Below, piece by piece: positions 10,072 to 24,258 of a DNA stretch of 51,463 bases (positions are counted from its first letter, which is position 1; every line of letters starts with the position of its first letter). The stretch is from Folioceros fuciformis. Its lineage: Eukaryota. Under the pieces are notes generated by a model, which did not search any database, had not been told where the DNA came from, and saw nothing but the letters and a program-made list of their open reading frames with translations. The stretch spans positions 227,778 through 279,240 of the forward strand of contig JBNGIO010006342.1 of the NCBI GenBank assembly GCA_049999805.1, read 5' to 3'. The translations under genes were made by a program, and so were the position numbers.

Positions 10072-12069
10072 TCAAAGGACACTCTCGATGATGAGTATAA
10101 GCACAGCGCCGAATGTGAGGGCTGTTACCAGCAGGATAGAGAGGAAGGGCGCAGAAGTAAAGAGGCGGTCAGAGAGGGAAGCCAGCTTCTGCACGTCCGC
10201 TGACGAGTAGTCTGCCAGATAAGTGTTGTAGTCGATGAGGAGGGGGATAAAAATGAAGGGAACGAGTAGAAGGAGGCCGAACACAGTGGAGGCCACCATG
10301 GTTCTCTGAGTATCTGCAGGAAGGTTACCGAAACCAGCAGCAATGAACGCTGCGATGACAAACGCGGATGAGATCATGAGACTGAAAGACGTCACACCCA
10401 CCTTAAGCCGCAGCCGGAAAACCTCGTCCTCAACAAAACGGTGACTCTTGGGAAGCACACTCTGGATGCCTGAGACAAGGGTGTAGATGGCGAAGAAGAA
10501 CGAGACGCTGTTGAAGGCCCAGAAGATCTTGACAGCTGCAGCCAGCTGCGTATCACTGCCGCTCAGGGGAGGCTTCAGGAATCCAGCGAACGTGACCGCT
10601 GCCACGATAGCTGCCCCCACCAGAAACGCATTGGTAGAGTTGAGAAACAGCTGCCTATCCTTAGACAATCCGTCCAAATATCTCTGCACGTCTCCCCGAC
10701 TCGACAGCAGCTCCTTCACGTCCTCATAGAAATCTCCCTTCAGCTCCTCCCCCTTGTCCCACAGGTAGTGCAGCATGGTTTTCTTCTCCCAGTTCTTGGT
10801 GTTGGCCCTCAGCCTGGACTGTCCCAGCAGGTCCTTGACCATTCCCTTCCTGTCCAGCTTGAACGCCAGCGTAAGAGCCGTCTCCTGGTTGCTCTCCAGA
10901 TTCAAGTTCACCCTCGGCTCCCCTACCAGAGCCCCAAACTCCCGCTCCTGCCCTAACTCCACGGCATACAGCAACGGCGTCTTTCCGCTCCTGTCCAGGC
11001 AATTCACATCAACCCTCGGATGTGCTGCCAGCTTTCCAGTGATGAGCGAAAACCCCCGCTCCACCACATAATGCAAGGCTGTCTTCCCATCCACATCCAC
11101 AGCGTTCACATCCGTCTTCCCCGACGCCAGCAGCTCGTTCACCACCCCGAGATGATTTTCCTGCGCAGCCAGATGCAACGCCGTCCCTCCCTTGGGCAAC
11201 TTCGGCCAGTCGTCCCCCTCCCTGTCCGCCAGCCGCGGCCGCGGCAGCAGCTTCCACGAAACCTCTCCCGTCTTCTGCACGTTCGGCACTGGCACGTAGT
11301 CGTGCCGCCCGATCTCCGCATTGGCCTGCACCCCGTCGTGCGCGAGCAGGATCCGCACAACCTCCGCATGATTCCCCAGCCAAGCCGCCAGATGCAGCGG
11401 CATCAGCTTGTACACCGAATCCACAGCTCCCACCGCAATCCCCGGCACAGCCAGGAGCTCCTTCACCACCGCAACATGCCCCTTCCTGCACCCGTAATGC
11501 AGCGGCGTTCGCTTGAAGCAATCCTCCGCATTCACGAATCCCGGCACTCCCCCGGGCCCCCTCTCCTTATACGCGGCCAGCAGCATCCTCACCACATCTC
11601 CGTGCCCGGCATCCGCCGCGGCATGCAGAGCGGTGAAATTCTCCGCCGTGCAGGCCTCCAGATCCACCTCCTCCTTCCACGACAAGAGCTGATCCACCAC
11701 AGCACCGTGCCCTCCGAACGCCGCCAGATGCAAAGCCGTGATGCTCCCCTTGGCCTTGGCGTTCACGTTCACCCGCTCCTGTTCCCGGAGCGCTCTCACC
11801 ACCTCCGTCTTCCCCGCCTGCGCCGCCACATGGAGCACTGTCCGGCTCCAGTCGTCCTCGTCGAAGAGGAGCACGCTGGGGCAGTAGTGCAGAATGGTCC
11901 TCACCACCTCCACTCGATTCCTCTCCGCCGCCCGGTGCAGAGCGACGACTCGGAAATCCGAGGTGCGCTTGAACTCCACCTCCGCGCTGTTCTTGGGATT
12001 CTTCAGGAACTCCTTCACCTTGGAGACGTCTCCATCCTCCGCCGCAGCTACGAAACCCGCATTGTCCAT
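10072..12069 (-). CDS. Intronless ankyrin-repeat protein with a C-terminal PGG-like transmembrane domain (ACD6/ITN1-like architecture)
   Basis: ATG at 12069 (MDNAGF). More than 10 ankyrin repeats ('TALHLAA', 'TPLHYG', 'GKTPLLYAV'), then 'NAFLVGAAIVAAVTFAGFLKPPLSG', 'FWAFNSVSFFFA' and further hydrophobic helices. Confidence 0.92.
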   Translation of the reverse strand: MDNAGFVAAAEDGDVSKVKEFLKNPKNSAEVEFKRTSDFRVVALHRAAERNRVEVVRTILHYCPSVLLFDEDDWSRTVLHVAAQAGKTEVVRALREQERVNVNAKAKGSITALHLAAFGGHGAVVDQLLSWKEEVDLEACTAENFTALHAAADAGHGDVVRMLLAAYKERGPGGVPGFVNAEDCFKRTPLHYGCRKGHVAVVKELLAVPGIAVGAVDSVYKLMPLHLAAWLGNHAEVVRILLAHDGVQANAEIGRHDYVPVPNVQKTGEVSWKLLPRPRLADREGDDWPKLPKGGTALHLAAQENHLGVVNELLASGKTDVNAVDVDGKTALHYVVERGFSLITGKLAAHPRVDVNCLDRSGKTPLLYAVELGQEREFGALVGEPRVNLNLESNQETALTLAFKLDRKGMVKDLLGQSRLRANTKNWEKKTMLHYLWDKGEELKGDFYEDVKELLSSRGDVQRYLDGLSKDRQLFLNSTNAFLVGAAIVAAVTFAGFLKPPLSGSDTQLAAAVKIFWAFNSVSFFFAIYTLVSGIQSVLPKSHRFVEDEVFRLRLKVGVTSFSLMISSAFVIAAFIAAGFGNLPADTQRTMVASTVFGLLLLVPFIFIPLLIDYNTYLADYSSADVQKLASLSDRLFTSAPFLSILLVTALTFGAVLILIIESVL

Positions 12070-13030
12070 GGCTCCTGCTCCTCCTTCACCCTGGATTGCC
12101 CGCTTTCGGAGTCGGATCTTACGTTCCCGCACGCTTCCCGAGCGTCCTTGCGACGCAAGCAAACTCCGTGGGTCGTGAATTCATGCGAGCTCACGCGCCC
12201 ATCCAAGGACGGGACGATTTGTCCATTGCAAATGTGGCAGCCAAGTCACCGGGAATCGTGAACCGTGCAGGGGCCCGGGGCTTGTCTCGACTGCTGAGTG
12301 CGGGGAAGAGAGCGCAGATCATCGTCATCTGCAATTGAAAAATCTCATCTGCAAGCGCAACCAGGCCGTGCGTTCGGGCACCCTGTACGTCACAGGAGCG
12401 TTGTGTTGGCGTTTTGCACAGCTGTTGCTCCTTGCATCCACGGTTTCTGAACAGAGACGTCTCACCTACACCCTGAACCGTCTGCCCTTGGCAAGGAGAA
12501 ACGTACATATCAAGGAAAATGTTTGGCGCTCCCACACCTTACTGACCACGATCTCTAGGAGAAGAGAGGTTCGAACCCGGGAACGCATGGTTTATGTAAA
12601 GGCATGTTTCTCCACACTTATGCTGGAACGTGAAACAGGAGCACAAATGTAATGAAAATGTAATGCTGTTAACAGCGATGACTTCGCAAGCCGCCAGGCG
12701 CCAGAATCATCAACAAGAAGAAGAAGTCTCCAATCGGACCAAGGCTGTCTCTGCCTCGCTCATGTGAAGAGGCGCGAGGGCACAGGCAGCATCTACAAGT
12801 GCGCACCGCGTTCACCTCTCTGGGAAGAGACGTTTGCCTGTCGCCAGCGGCCTGTTGTTGGAAACGCAAAGGGAGAGGAGAAAACAAAGTAAGGTCCGGG
12901 AAAAACCAGTTTGCAACAAGCTCGGCAAGGCAGGGACCTGGGCCACCCTCAGGAGCGCATGCACAATGTCGAAAGCACAGCAATTGGCGGGGAAATTTGT
13001 GGGAAGGGTGGTTTCTCGTGCAGTGGACAC

Positions 13031-13856
13031 TTACTTGAGCTTGTAGTTCCTCATTCTGATCTGCGGACGCCGACTCAGCTCCACGCCCCAACTACCAGGC
13101 TCCACGGAGGCTACGTCCAACAGCCATGCCATAATGAGGATCTCTTGTTCCTGAACATGCCAGCAACGTCATTCCAGCTGGTGGAGAGAAAGACGAGCCT
13201 TGCGAGCATTAGCAGCAGCGCAGAGACGACCGGGGCGGGGAGGGGCAAAAGCGAGCCAGCTGGACCTACCTGGAAGATCATGAGATCGTGCGTGACGTTC
13301 TTCTCCAAGATGTTCTCGGCCAGGATACTGATGAACCTGGCGGGGGTGATGACCATGGCCCGGATGGTCTCCTTTTCGGTCATCTCCGCCCAGTACGCCT
13401 CGATGCTCTGCTTCTTCACAATCTTATCGTCATTGAAGAAGACCAAGAGCTGGACCCGTTGGCGCCACAAACAAGAAACACAAAACGGTGGTGAGTCGAA
13501 GCTAGCTAGCGCTGCAGCCTCCCAGGCCCTGTCCTGCACCAGCAGTAGTGGGAGTCCCCAGGGCGGTACGGGCAGCGGGCGCGCGGGAGAGCCCGTGGCC
13601 CCAAGCAAGTCCTTGCAAGCTCAAGCAAGCGGCTCCCACACTAACCGCTCTTCACCTTGTCAGCTGGGTCCGTCGCCTGGTGGGTGAATATCTTGAGGTC
13701 CTGAGAGCAAGGCTGGGCCCCAAACCGCTCCAGGAAGGCGTCGAGCGTCAAGAGAATTTCACTCGGGTCCACAACGTAATTCAAGTCCTGCAGGGCACGG
13801 AGCATTGTGGTGCGCAGGGAGAGCTTGCGAGCGGCATCTCCTTCCGCTGTGGCCAT
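13031..13856 (-). CDS. Divergent RNA polymerase subunit-5 (RPB5)-like gene; N-terminal jaw domain recognisable, C-terminal assembly domain not found (gene or pseudogene)
   Basis: Exons 13856-13656, 13449-13270 and 13150-13031 join in phase 0. 'LRTTMLRALQDLNYVVDPSEILLTLDAFLERFG...DLKI...DPADK|LLVFFND.K.V....I..Y...M......RAMVI...L.IFQ|EQEILI' parallels RPB5 'RRTVMQMLRDRGY.V...EI..S..EF..KFG...DL......D..DQ|IYVFF....KVG......Y...M......RAILV...LEVFQ|EAELLV' (consensus recalled, not aligned). Confidence 0.75.
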
Positions 13857-14429
13857 TGCGCTACCTTCCCAAAGTTCCTCCTCGAATCTTCCCCTCCCGC
13901 TCCGCTGCCCAAATGCGCTAGCAACTGCGCCGCATCCTCCCCTTAAGCACACCCAGGTTTTAAACGTCGCCATCAAGCCCGCTGGCCTGGATCCGAGCCT
14001 CGGCCCTCCGAGCCACCCTCCGGGCCGCTCCCTGCACAACGTACATATCAACATGCAACTGCCTATCTCCGTCTATCGCACCCACATATTCATACCATCA
14101 ATAACCGATTCTCCTTCACCCTATTCTTCCTTTCCTACTTGCTTGTATATACATACCATCAATCAGCTCGTCCCTCCTTGTCCATCCTGCCTTCCCTCCA
14201 TACCCAACTCTTGACATCAAAAAAAGCTTATCACATCGTATCGTATCACAATCTGCTCTCCTAATCCTACTTCTTCTTTGTTCTTCTTCTATGCTTAAAC
14301 AACTTATCCCAAACCCTCAAGCTATGCAACTTCGACTTTGGCATTGGCTGTAGGTTCGGTCCAACGGTCCGACTAACTGACCATGTGACCGGTATCATGT
14401 TGGATTCCGATTTAGGTTCGGTTCAACGG

Positions 14430-14950
14430 TACAACCAACCTACGGACTTCCTGATTGACCGATATCACGCTGGATTTCCCAGTCTTGTCAACGGGGGTAC
14501 TTGTAAGTTATTTTATTTACGAGTCTTGTCAACAAGGGTACTTGTACGTTCTTTTTGGTCGTTACAAACCGTTTAGGTCCATTTCCCATGACAAGGATAT
14601 CTTAGTTATTGTAAACCGCTTAGATCCTTTGAACTTCCAATTCCCATGACAAAGAGTGTCGTCGTGGTCGTTCTACAACCAACCTACGGACTGCCTAATT
14701 AACCGATATCACACTGGATTTCTCAATCTTGTCAACGAGGGTACTTTTACGTTCTTTTTGGTCGTTACAAACCATTTAGGTCCATTTCCCATGACAAGGA
14801 TATCATAGTTGTTGTAAACCACCTGGGTCCATATGTACTTCCAATTCTCATGACAAAGAGACAAAGAGTGTCGTGGTCGTTAAAGACCGTTTGGGTTCCT
14901 CCATGTTTCCAATTCCCATGACAAAGAACGTCTTGGTAATTGTAAACCTT
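14430..14950. repeat. Imperfect tandem duplication (copies start 244 bp apart) with nested shorter 'ttcccatgacaa' subrepeats
   Basis: 'tacaaccaacctacggac' at 14430 and 14674; 'cgttctttttggtcgttacaaacc' and 'ccatttcccatgacaaggatatc' occur in both copies; ttcYcatgacaa recurs five times. Confidence 0.8.
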
Positions 14951-17515
14951 TTGGGTTCTTTCCTATTTTGAATTTCATGGGAACCAAATTTTGAGTTTGT
15001 ACAAAGAGTGTTATTACTTTTGTATAAGTTATTTAACAAATATTTAAGTGCTGATAGGTGAGGTATGGGTTATCTACGGATTCCTCGACGATGTGCGGTT
15101 TTGAGTCGGGATAATCATGGGCTATGGGACAGCAAGCTGTAAGGCACGGGCAGGTGGAGCTACTCCCACTGGAATTTTGAAGCAGATAGGTAGCTTATGT
15201 TGTAAGGCACGCAGAGTTGCAGAGATTCGGTTTGGTACATCTGTATTTTGAGTTTGAGGGCAGGCCAGGGCGGGGAGGCACGGCGCGGCAGAAGCCTGGT
15301 TGGTCGATCAGAGGAGCGGGAGACTGGGAGTGCGCAGTCTCCATTCGCATTGACTTACCAGTAAATGTTCTGTCCGAGATGCCTGAGAGCGGACCCACCT
15401 AGCTGGCACCAAGCGGACGTTTGTCTCGAGCTGGGCCGACATCTTGGGCAATTGAGACGTCCGACGCGTGCATGCGCGCTTGACAGCCACAGACGTCTTT
15501 ATATTGTACATACATGCACTGTTGATGAAGCTGACAACGCTGGGTAGTGGAGGTGTCCCAGGCCCAGTGAGCGGATGACTACGGGCCCGGGACGGGGCCG
15601 GGGCCGGGGCCGAGACGAGTCTAGAATAGGGGTCAGATCAATCAGGCTCACGAAGAGGTGAACTTTGGCCCTTCCCAGTGCCCATCTTGCGCATACACAC
15701 GTCGGAAGTTTCAGGACCCGAAGAGTCATGCGCACTGCTTGTCTTTCGCGTACACAGCAAACCCCGAACACGATTCTACCATTGGCTGGCGTTACAGGAA
15801 GGCGACGTCATTACCGGTCAGCAAAGGGAAGGGACGGACGGCTGGACTCGCATGCGAGACTAGACCCTCCGGAACGTCTCTTTGTATGCGCTCCGACCTT
15901 TGCCCTAATCGGGTACCGCCCATCAACTTTATACATTGCGGTTGCGGGTTTTCACTTGCTGGAAGGTATGTCGGAGAGACCAGTACTGTGCTACAAGCTT
16001 TGCTGAATTATTTGAACTGCGCCTCACAGTATCGATGTGTGCAAGCTCATCGACGGAGGACAAAGTGTGGAAATGAAACACGCGGAAGCTGATTCTTTCA
16101 GGGATTATAGCTCGGCTGCTGATGACGCTGCGAGTGCCAGTTTAGGCTGTCTTAGGCTGATGCCCTCCTTCCCATGGCCATGGAATTGGCTAGCAGAACT
16201 TATACTCCAGTCGATACATACGTACCTTGGGAGAGACCCACAGGCACAGGGAGACAGGCCCATGTCTAGCGTATCATGGAATCCTTGCCGGCACCCATCG
16301 ACGCTAATTGTTGACAGCCTGGGAGGATACCGGTGACACGTCTGGCTTGGCTTGTAGACGTGTGTGCCGTGCAGGACTGCAGGTCTGTGACCATCCCTTT
16401 GGCACCTGGGCATCAACCAGCGGGCAGTCCAGAACTGCGTACATGCATGTACACTGTACAACGCACATTGTACATCGCTGTGCGTATGCAGTAATGACTC
16501 GCGAGCGTAGAACGAATTGAATCAAGGCCTGACATCCTTGGAACTGTACAGGGTAGAGAGATTATTCCCCCTTCTCGGGCTGATTGTGATTGTGCGTGAG
16601 GCTGCCAGACAGTTCTGGAACCAATCAACCATCACACAAGATGGGCGATTGCTGAAGAATTCCTTCTTATCGCCTCAAGTATTTTGTTGTGATTTTTGGT
16701 TGCGTCGGTTGTACCAAGTTGCCACGCCGAATCAGCTTTCAGAATTCGACACCACTTCTACTTAGGCATAGCTTACAAGTGACCAGGCACCTCCTTAAAA
16801 AAGTTTAAGAGGTTGGAGGGGCCTCGGCTGGGGTGGGTTCTTTCTTTGTGTGAATCACTTGGCTGGTGAAGCTGGCGCAACATGTTTCTCAATTGTGATC
16901 TAAGTAAATCCCGCTCCCTCTAGATTCTGGTAGAGCTAGAGAATGGAATATGTGATTCTTTTTACCAGAAAACGCACGGATTGGATTGCGGGCCAGCGTG
17001 CCTTGTGAAGGGACCATATACAAAAAAACGTACCCAGAAAAAAAAAGCTGTCCTTATGGTGGAGATGTGAAGGACATTTCATACAAGAGGAAGGAAGCCA
17101 AAATCACTTGACTTCGGAAGTGAGTTCTTGAAAGTGGCCTTCCATGTTATGAACTGGATGCGGAACCTCGTTAGGCCCAACTGTCCAAAATCCTCTCCTT
17201 AAAGTACAAGGGGTGTTGTCTCACATTTGCATGTTTTAATCTTCGAGCATGGACACGAGGACCCAGATACAGATTCTCTGATGCAGTTTTCGTCCCTACG
17301 GGTAGAGGGTCTCCAAAGACCATACTCAGCCAGCTGGCAATTCATCTCGTTTATTCAGAGAGCCCACACGACTGTTTAAGCACACTTCCTCCAAGAAGTG
17401 CTCACCCATGGTGCTTTACAATACTTGACAAGAAACAGCAGCAAGCCGACTTGAAAGGAAAAGATTCGTTAAAGGCCTCTACTTGCATGGGCAGTGTGAC
17501 TTTCATCAAGTCCAG

Positions 17516-18363
17516 TCACTCTGCAGCATGACCTCTCCACTTGAAGTTGTCTGCGTAAGCTTTGGGCTGCGCAACAGTGCAATAAACAACCGGATCAATC
17601 GTTTGCGTCAAAAGGCCCATTCAAGTTCACCATTTGGTCCAGGGTGTACCTTCCTCGCGTGTTGATGGGGTTCCCTGACCTGCTCAGCAAGCCATAGAGA
17701 AATGTGAGAAGACTAGCTTGCCACAAAACAAACCACGACGTGCAGCACATACCTCGTACTCCCACCCATGCTTGCTGGCAAATTCGACAGCAGATTCTTT
17801 GGAGTCAAAATTAAGAGCAGCCTCACCAACTGCTGCATAGGGATCCCCCGTGGATGTCCATCCCATCAACGGATTCTCCCACCTACAAAGCGCATGAGAA
17901 ACCCTAAGCCTCCACATCACCACATCATAAGCATCCTACTCACGAGCTGCCAAACCAGCTCCCATACTTCTCGTTCGACTGAAAGCTGATCTTCCAGTGG
18001 CCAGTTCTGCCCATCCCTTGTTGGGAAGCCACTCGTGCTGGAGAAAATATCACAACCTGCCAATCGCCGACACAAAGGAAAATTGACAATAATTCCACCG
18101 CCCTATCAGCAAAGGGAATCCTGTGCTCCCATCCCTCGACCACGCGATTTTCCCCCGCAACAGAAACAATTGGAAACAAGATGAAGACGGTGTAAAAGCA
18201 ATCTCACCTTCCTGTGCAGATGCTTCTCTGGAATGCCTGCAACTTCGCCCACCTCGCCTGGATTCACCTTCGATGGACCAGAGGCCATACAGCGGTGGCC
18301 ACCGCCAGACAGCACATTGCGTAGTGAACGTAAAGAGGTGAGCGCCTGCTTCGCCATCGCCAT
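17516..18363 (-). CDS. NDUFS4: NADH dehydrogenase (complex I) Fe-S protein 4, mitochondrial
   Basis: Exons 18363-18208, 18056-17968, 17882-17753, 17679-17650 and 17566-17516. Motifs '[13 protein letters not shown]', '[15 protein letters not shown]', '[12 protein letters not shown]', '[11 protein letters not shown]'. Confidence 0.96.
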
Positions 18364-18582
18364 GGAAGCCCACTCGCAACCAGCAAATCTCCTACCCCTT
18401 TCCTTCCCTCAAAGCCCCATTACCACAACACACCTACGCCTTCCCTCTTTACGTCAGAGGAAAAAGGCGATTTAAAAGGTAAGAGAGCCAGTGTAATAGG
18501 TAAAACAACAGATTACTCTTTTTTTTTGTTTTTTTTAAGCCCGGATGGCTCAACAGATCATAGCTCTGTTCCACCAACCTTA

Positions 18583-19489
18583 TTATTCCATCGTCCGTTC
18601 CAGGACAAGAGTTACTGGCCCGTCTGCTACGAAGCTTGCATTCAGAGCAGCCATGGTGTCTCGCCACGGCCTTCCGTCTGCCTGGAAGACCTCCACCACG
18701 CGGCGGGGAGCACGCAATCCAAACAGATCCACCGTGACGACGACCTGCAGTGAACAGGCATCGAGCTGAGAGCATGCAATCCCAGCCGAAAGCAATTCTA
18801 ACCGAATCACACTGAGATGGCTAGCTTTCACGATTTCCAACGCATGCTATGCTATTCTACGCTCGAGCATCGGCTCACTGTGGTGGAAGCCCGCAGCACG
18901 TCTCCGGGCCTGATGTCTCCCACTATCACGCCTCCCCTGCGCTGCCTGACGTTGCTCCGAAACATCTGTGCTGTCCGGAAGCAGCGATCTGCGTTCGATC
19001 TGGGAACCAAGCCTTCCACAACCACCAGCCCCCCTTGACTTCCTTCCATGCTTCGGAAGATGATTCCTAGCGGCTTCGCCAGTGTCACCTGCCATGCCAG
19101 CCAGTTGAGTCACAGTCCCATCGATGGCATCCCAATCCCCCAGTTACGACACAACGGAGGATCCTTACCACCACAAGCACACTGGAAGGTCCAAACATCC
19201 TCCTGAATGAAAACAACTGCTCAATGCAACTCCCTGAGGGACCAACGGCAATCTTCACATGCTCCATTTCTGCCATACCCTCCCCTTCTGCCTTGCCTGA
19301 AGCGCTGGTGGTGGCTGCTCCACACCTCCTAATGCACACATTTCCGCAGCATTTCCTTGTCCACAATCGGGACACCGACCTTCCAAAAAACCCTACACTT
19401 GACTGCGATGGAGCTGGCCAGGCCCGAGGATTGATTCTGCGCTGATTGTAGTGAACTACGTTTGAGATGTGCGAATTCGCCAGTGCCAT
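18583..19489 (-). CDS. Small PDZ-like domain protein with a probable plastid transit peptide
   Basis: Phase-0 exons 19489-19169, 19088-18879 and 18744-18583. 'VTLAKPLGIIF', 'VVEGLVPRSNA', 'DIRPGDVLRA' and 'GPVTLVLER' are PDZ hallmarks. The N-terminus is Ser/Arg-rich. Confidence 0.8.
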
Positions 19490-19775
19490 GGACTCCCGCC
19501 TTGGGATGTTCATGATCAACCAGTACATTCATCCAACACTGCTGTCCTTACTTGAAATCATTTCTTCCTAAGATGTATCGTGAAGCAGAAGCAGCATAAG
19601 CTCTGGAGATGGTTGAAAATCGATTGTTGCAAACGGGGTCGGATTGCTGGCTTCGGAATCGAGCCAGTTCTATCACCTAAAGGTAGGAATTTTGAAACGC
19701 TGAGTCGTCTTTTTTTTCCCAAGGTGTGAATTGTACACGACTGGACCGTGCTGAAGGGAAGCAGCTATTGCTGCA

Positions 19776-23220
<3,445 letters not shown>

Positions 23221-24258
23221 TCACCAGAATTTTCCCTTTTCCTACTTCTATCTTCCGCCACTGCGTGGCACCGCTGCAGGTGATGCCTCTTTACCTCATA
23301 TCTATGGAAGGGGCAATGGAGGGTACGTCTCTCCAAAGTGGAGTCATTCTGAAAGTGGGAGTAGATGGAGCTATCTAGAAGGGAATGAAGTCGTGCGCTG
23401 AAAGCTGAGTACTGGGGAAAGCTACTATCATGTATAGAGTAGTCGCCGATTCTTGGAGCATCTGTATGCGTTGGAGGCGGATGATGCAACATCATAAATC
23501 TTTGCTGATGAGTAACGCCTATTGCAATTACGGCGGCAGGTGGGATAACGTAGATTTGAAGACAGGTTGAGAACGTCAAGCTTTTCCACCAAGAGTTTTG
23601 CAGAATCTGGAATCAGCCGCGGATTCAATCCAATTTTTATTACGCTTAGAAGGCATGTAAGTTTTGGCTCCATGTATGGTGGGAGACCTCCTCCTCTGTG
23701 GACTTCATCCAGAGCGTATGCATGTCGGGAGTGTGCACAGTGCTACTGAATTTAGAGCCCCGATTAGATGTTTCGCTTGCAATAATGCAAATGCTGCTGT
23801 TTGGAACAAGGTAATGCAAATGCTTGTTTGAAACAGCAAGAAAACCACATGAATCTATTGAGGGGCCAGACTAAGAATTTTGGCCAAAAGTTTGTTGGTA
23901 GGCAAAATGAGTAGACGAGATATAAGACCATTGCTTCCTTTTACTCTCCATTCGTAACCGTTGCTTCCTTTTACGCTGCATTCGAAAGGGGGCGTTACTC
24001 CTACTAAAAGGAAACAAAATTGTTAAGCTCCTTCATGGATACGAAGTATATCAAGTAAGGGTGAAGGCCAGGGGTCAAACCCTGTCGAATGCATTGGGGG
24101 TTTAGGATTCGGCTCTAGCAAAACTTGACCGAGTATTCTTCTAGATCCTGCTGTAGATATGTACATACACAGCACAGTGGTCAAGGTATAGCAGTGCGTA
24201 GAGGGCAGGGTTAATCAAGGTTTGTACAAAGATTGACAACGTGAACTTGAGAAAGCCG

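Noticed and set aside
11020-12261. 413-aa plus-strand ORF
   Set aside because: Antisense shadow of the GC-rich ankyrin gene; His/Pro/Arg-rich with no recognisable domain.
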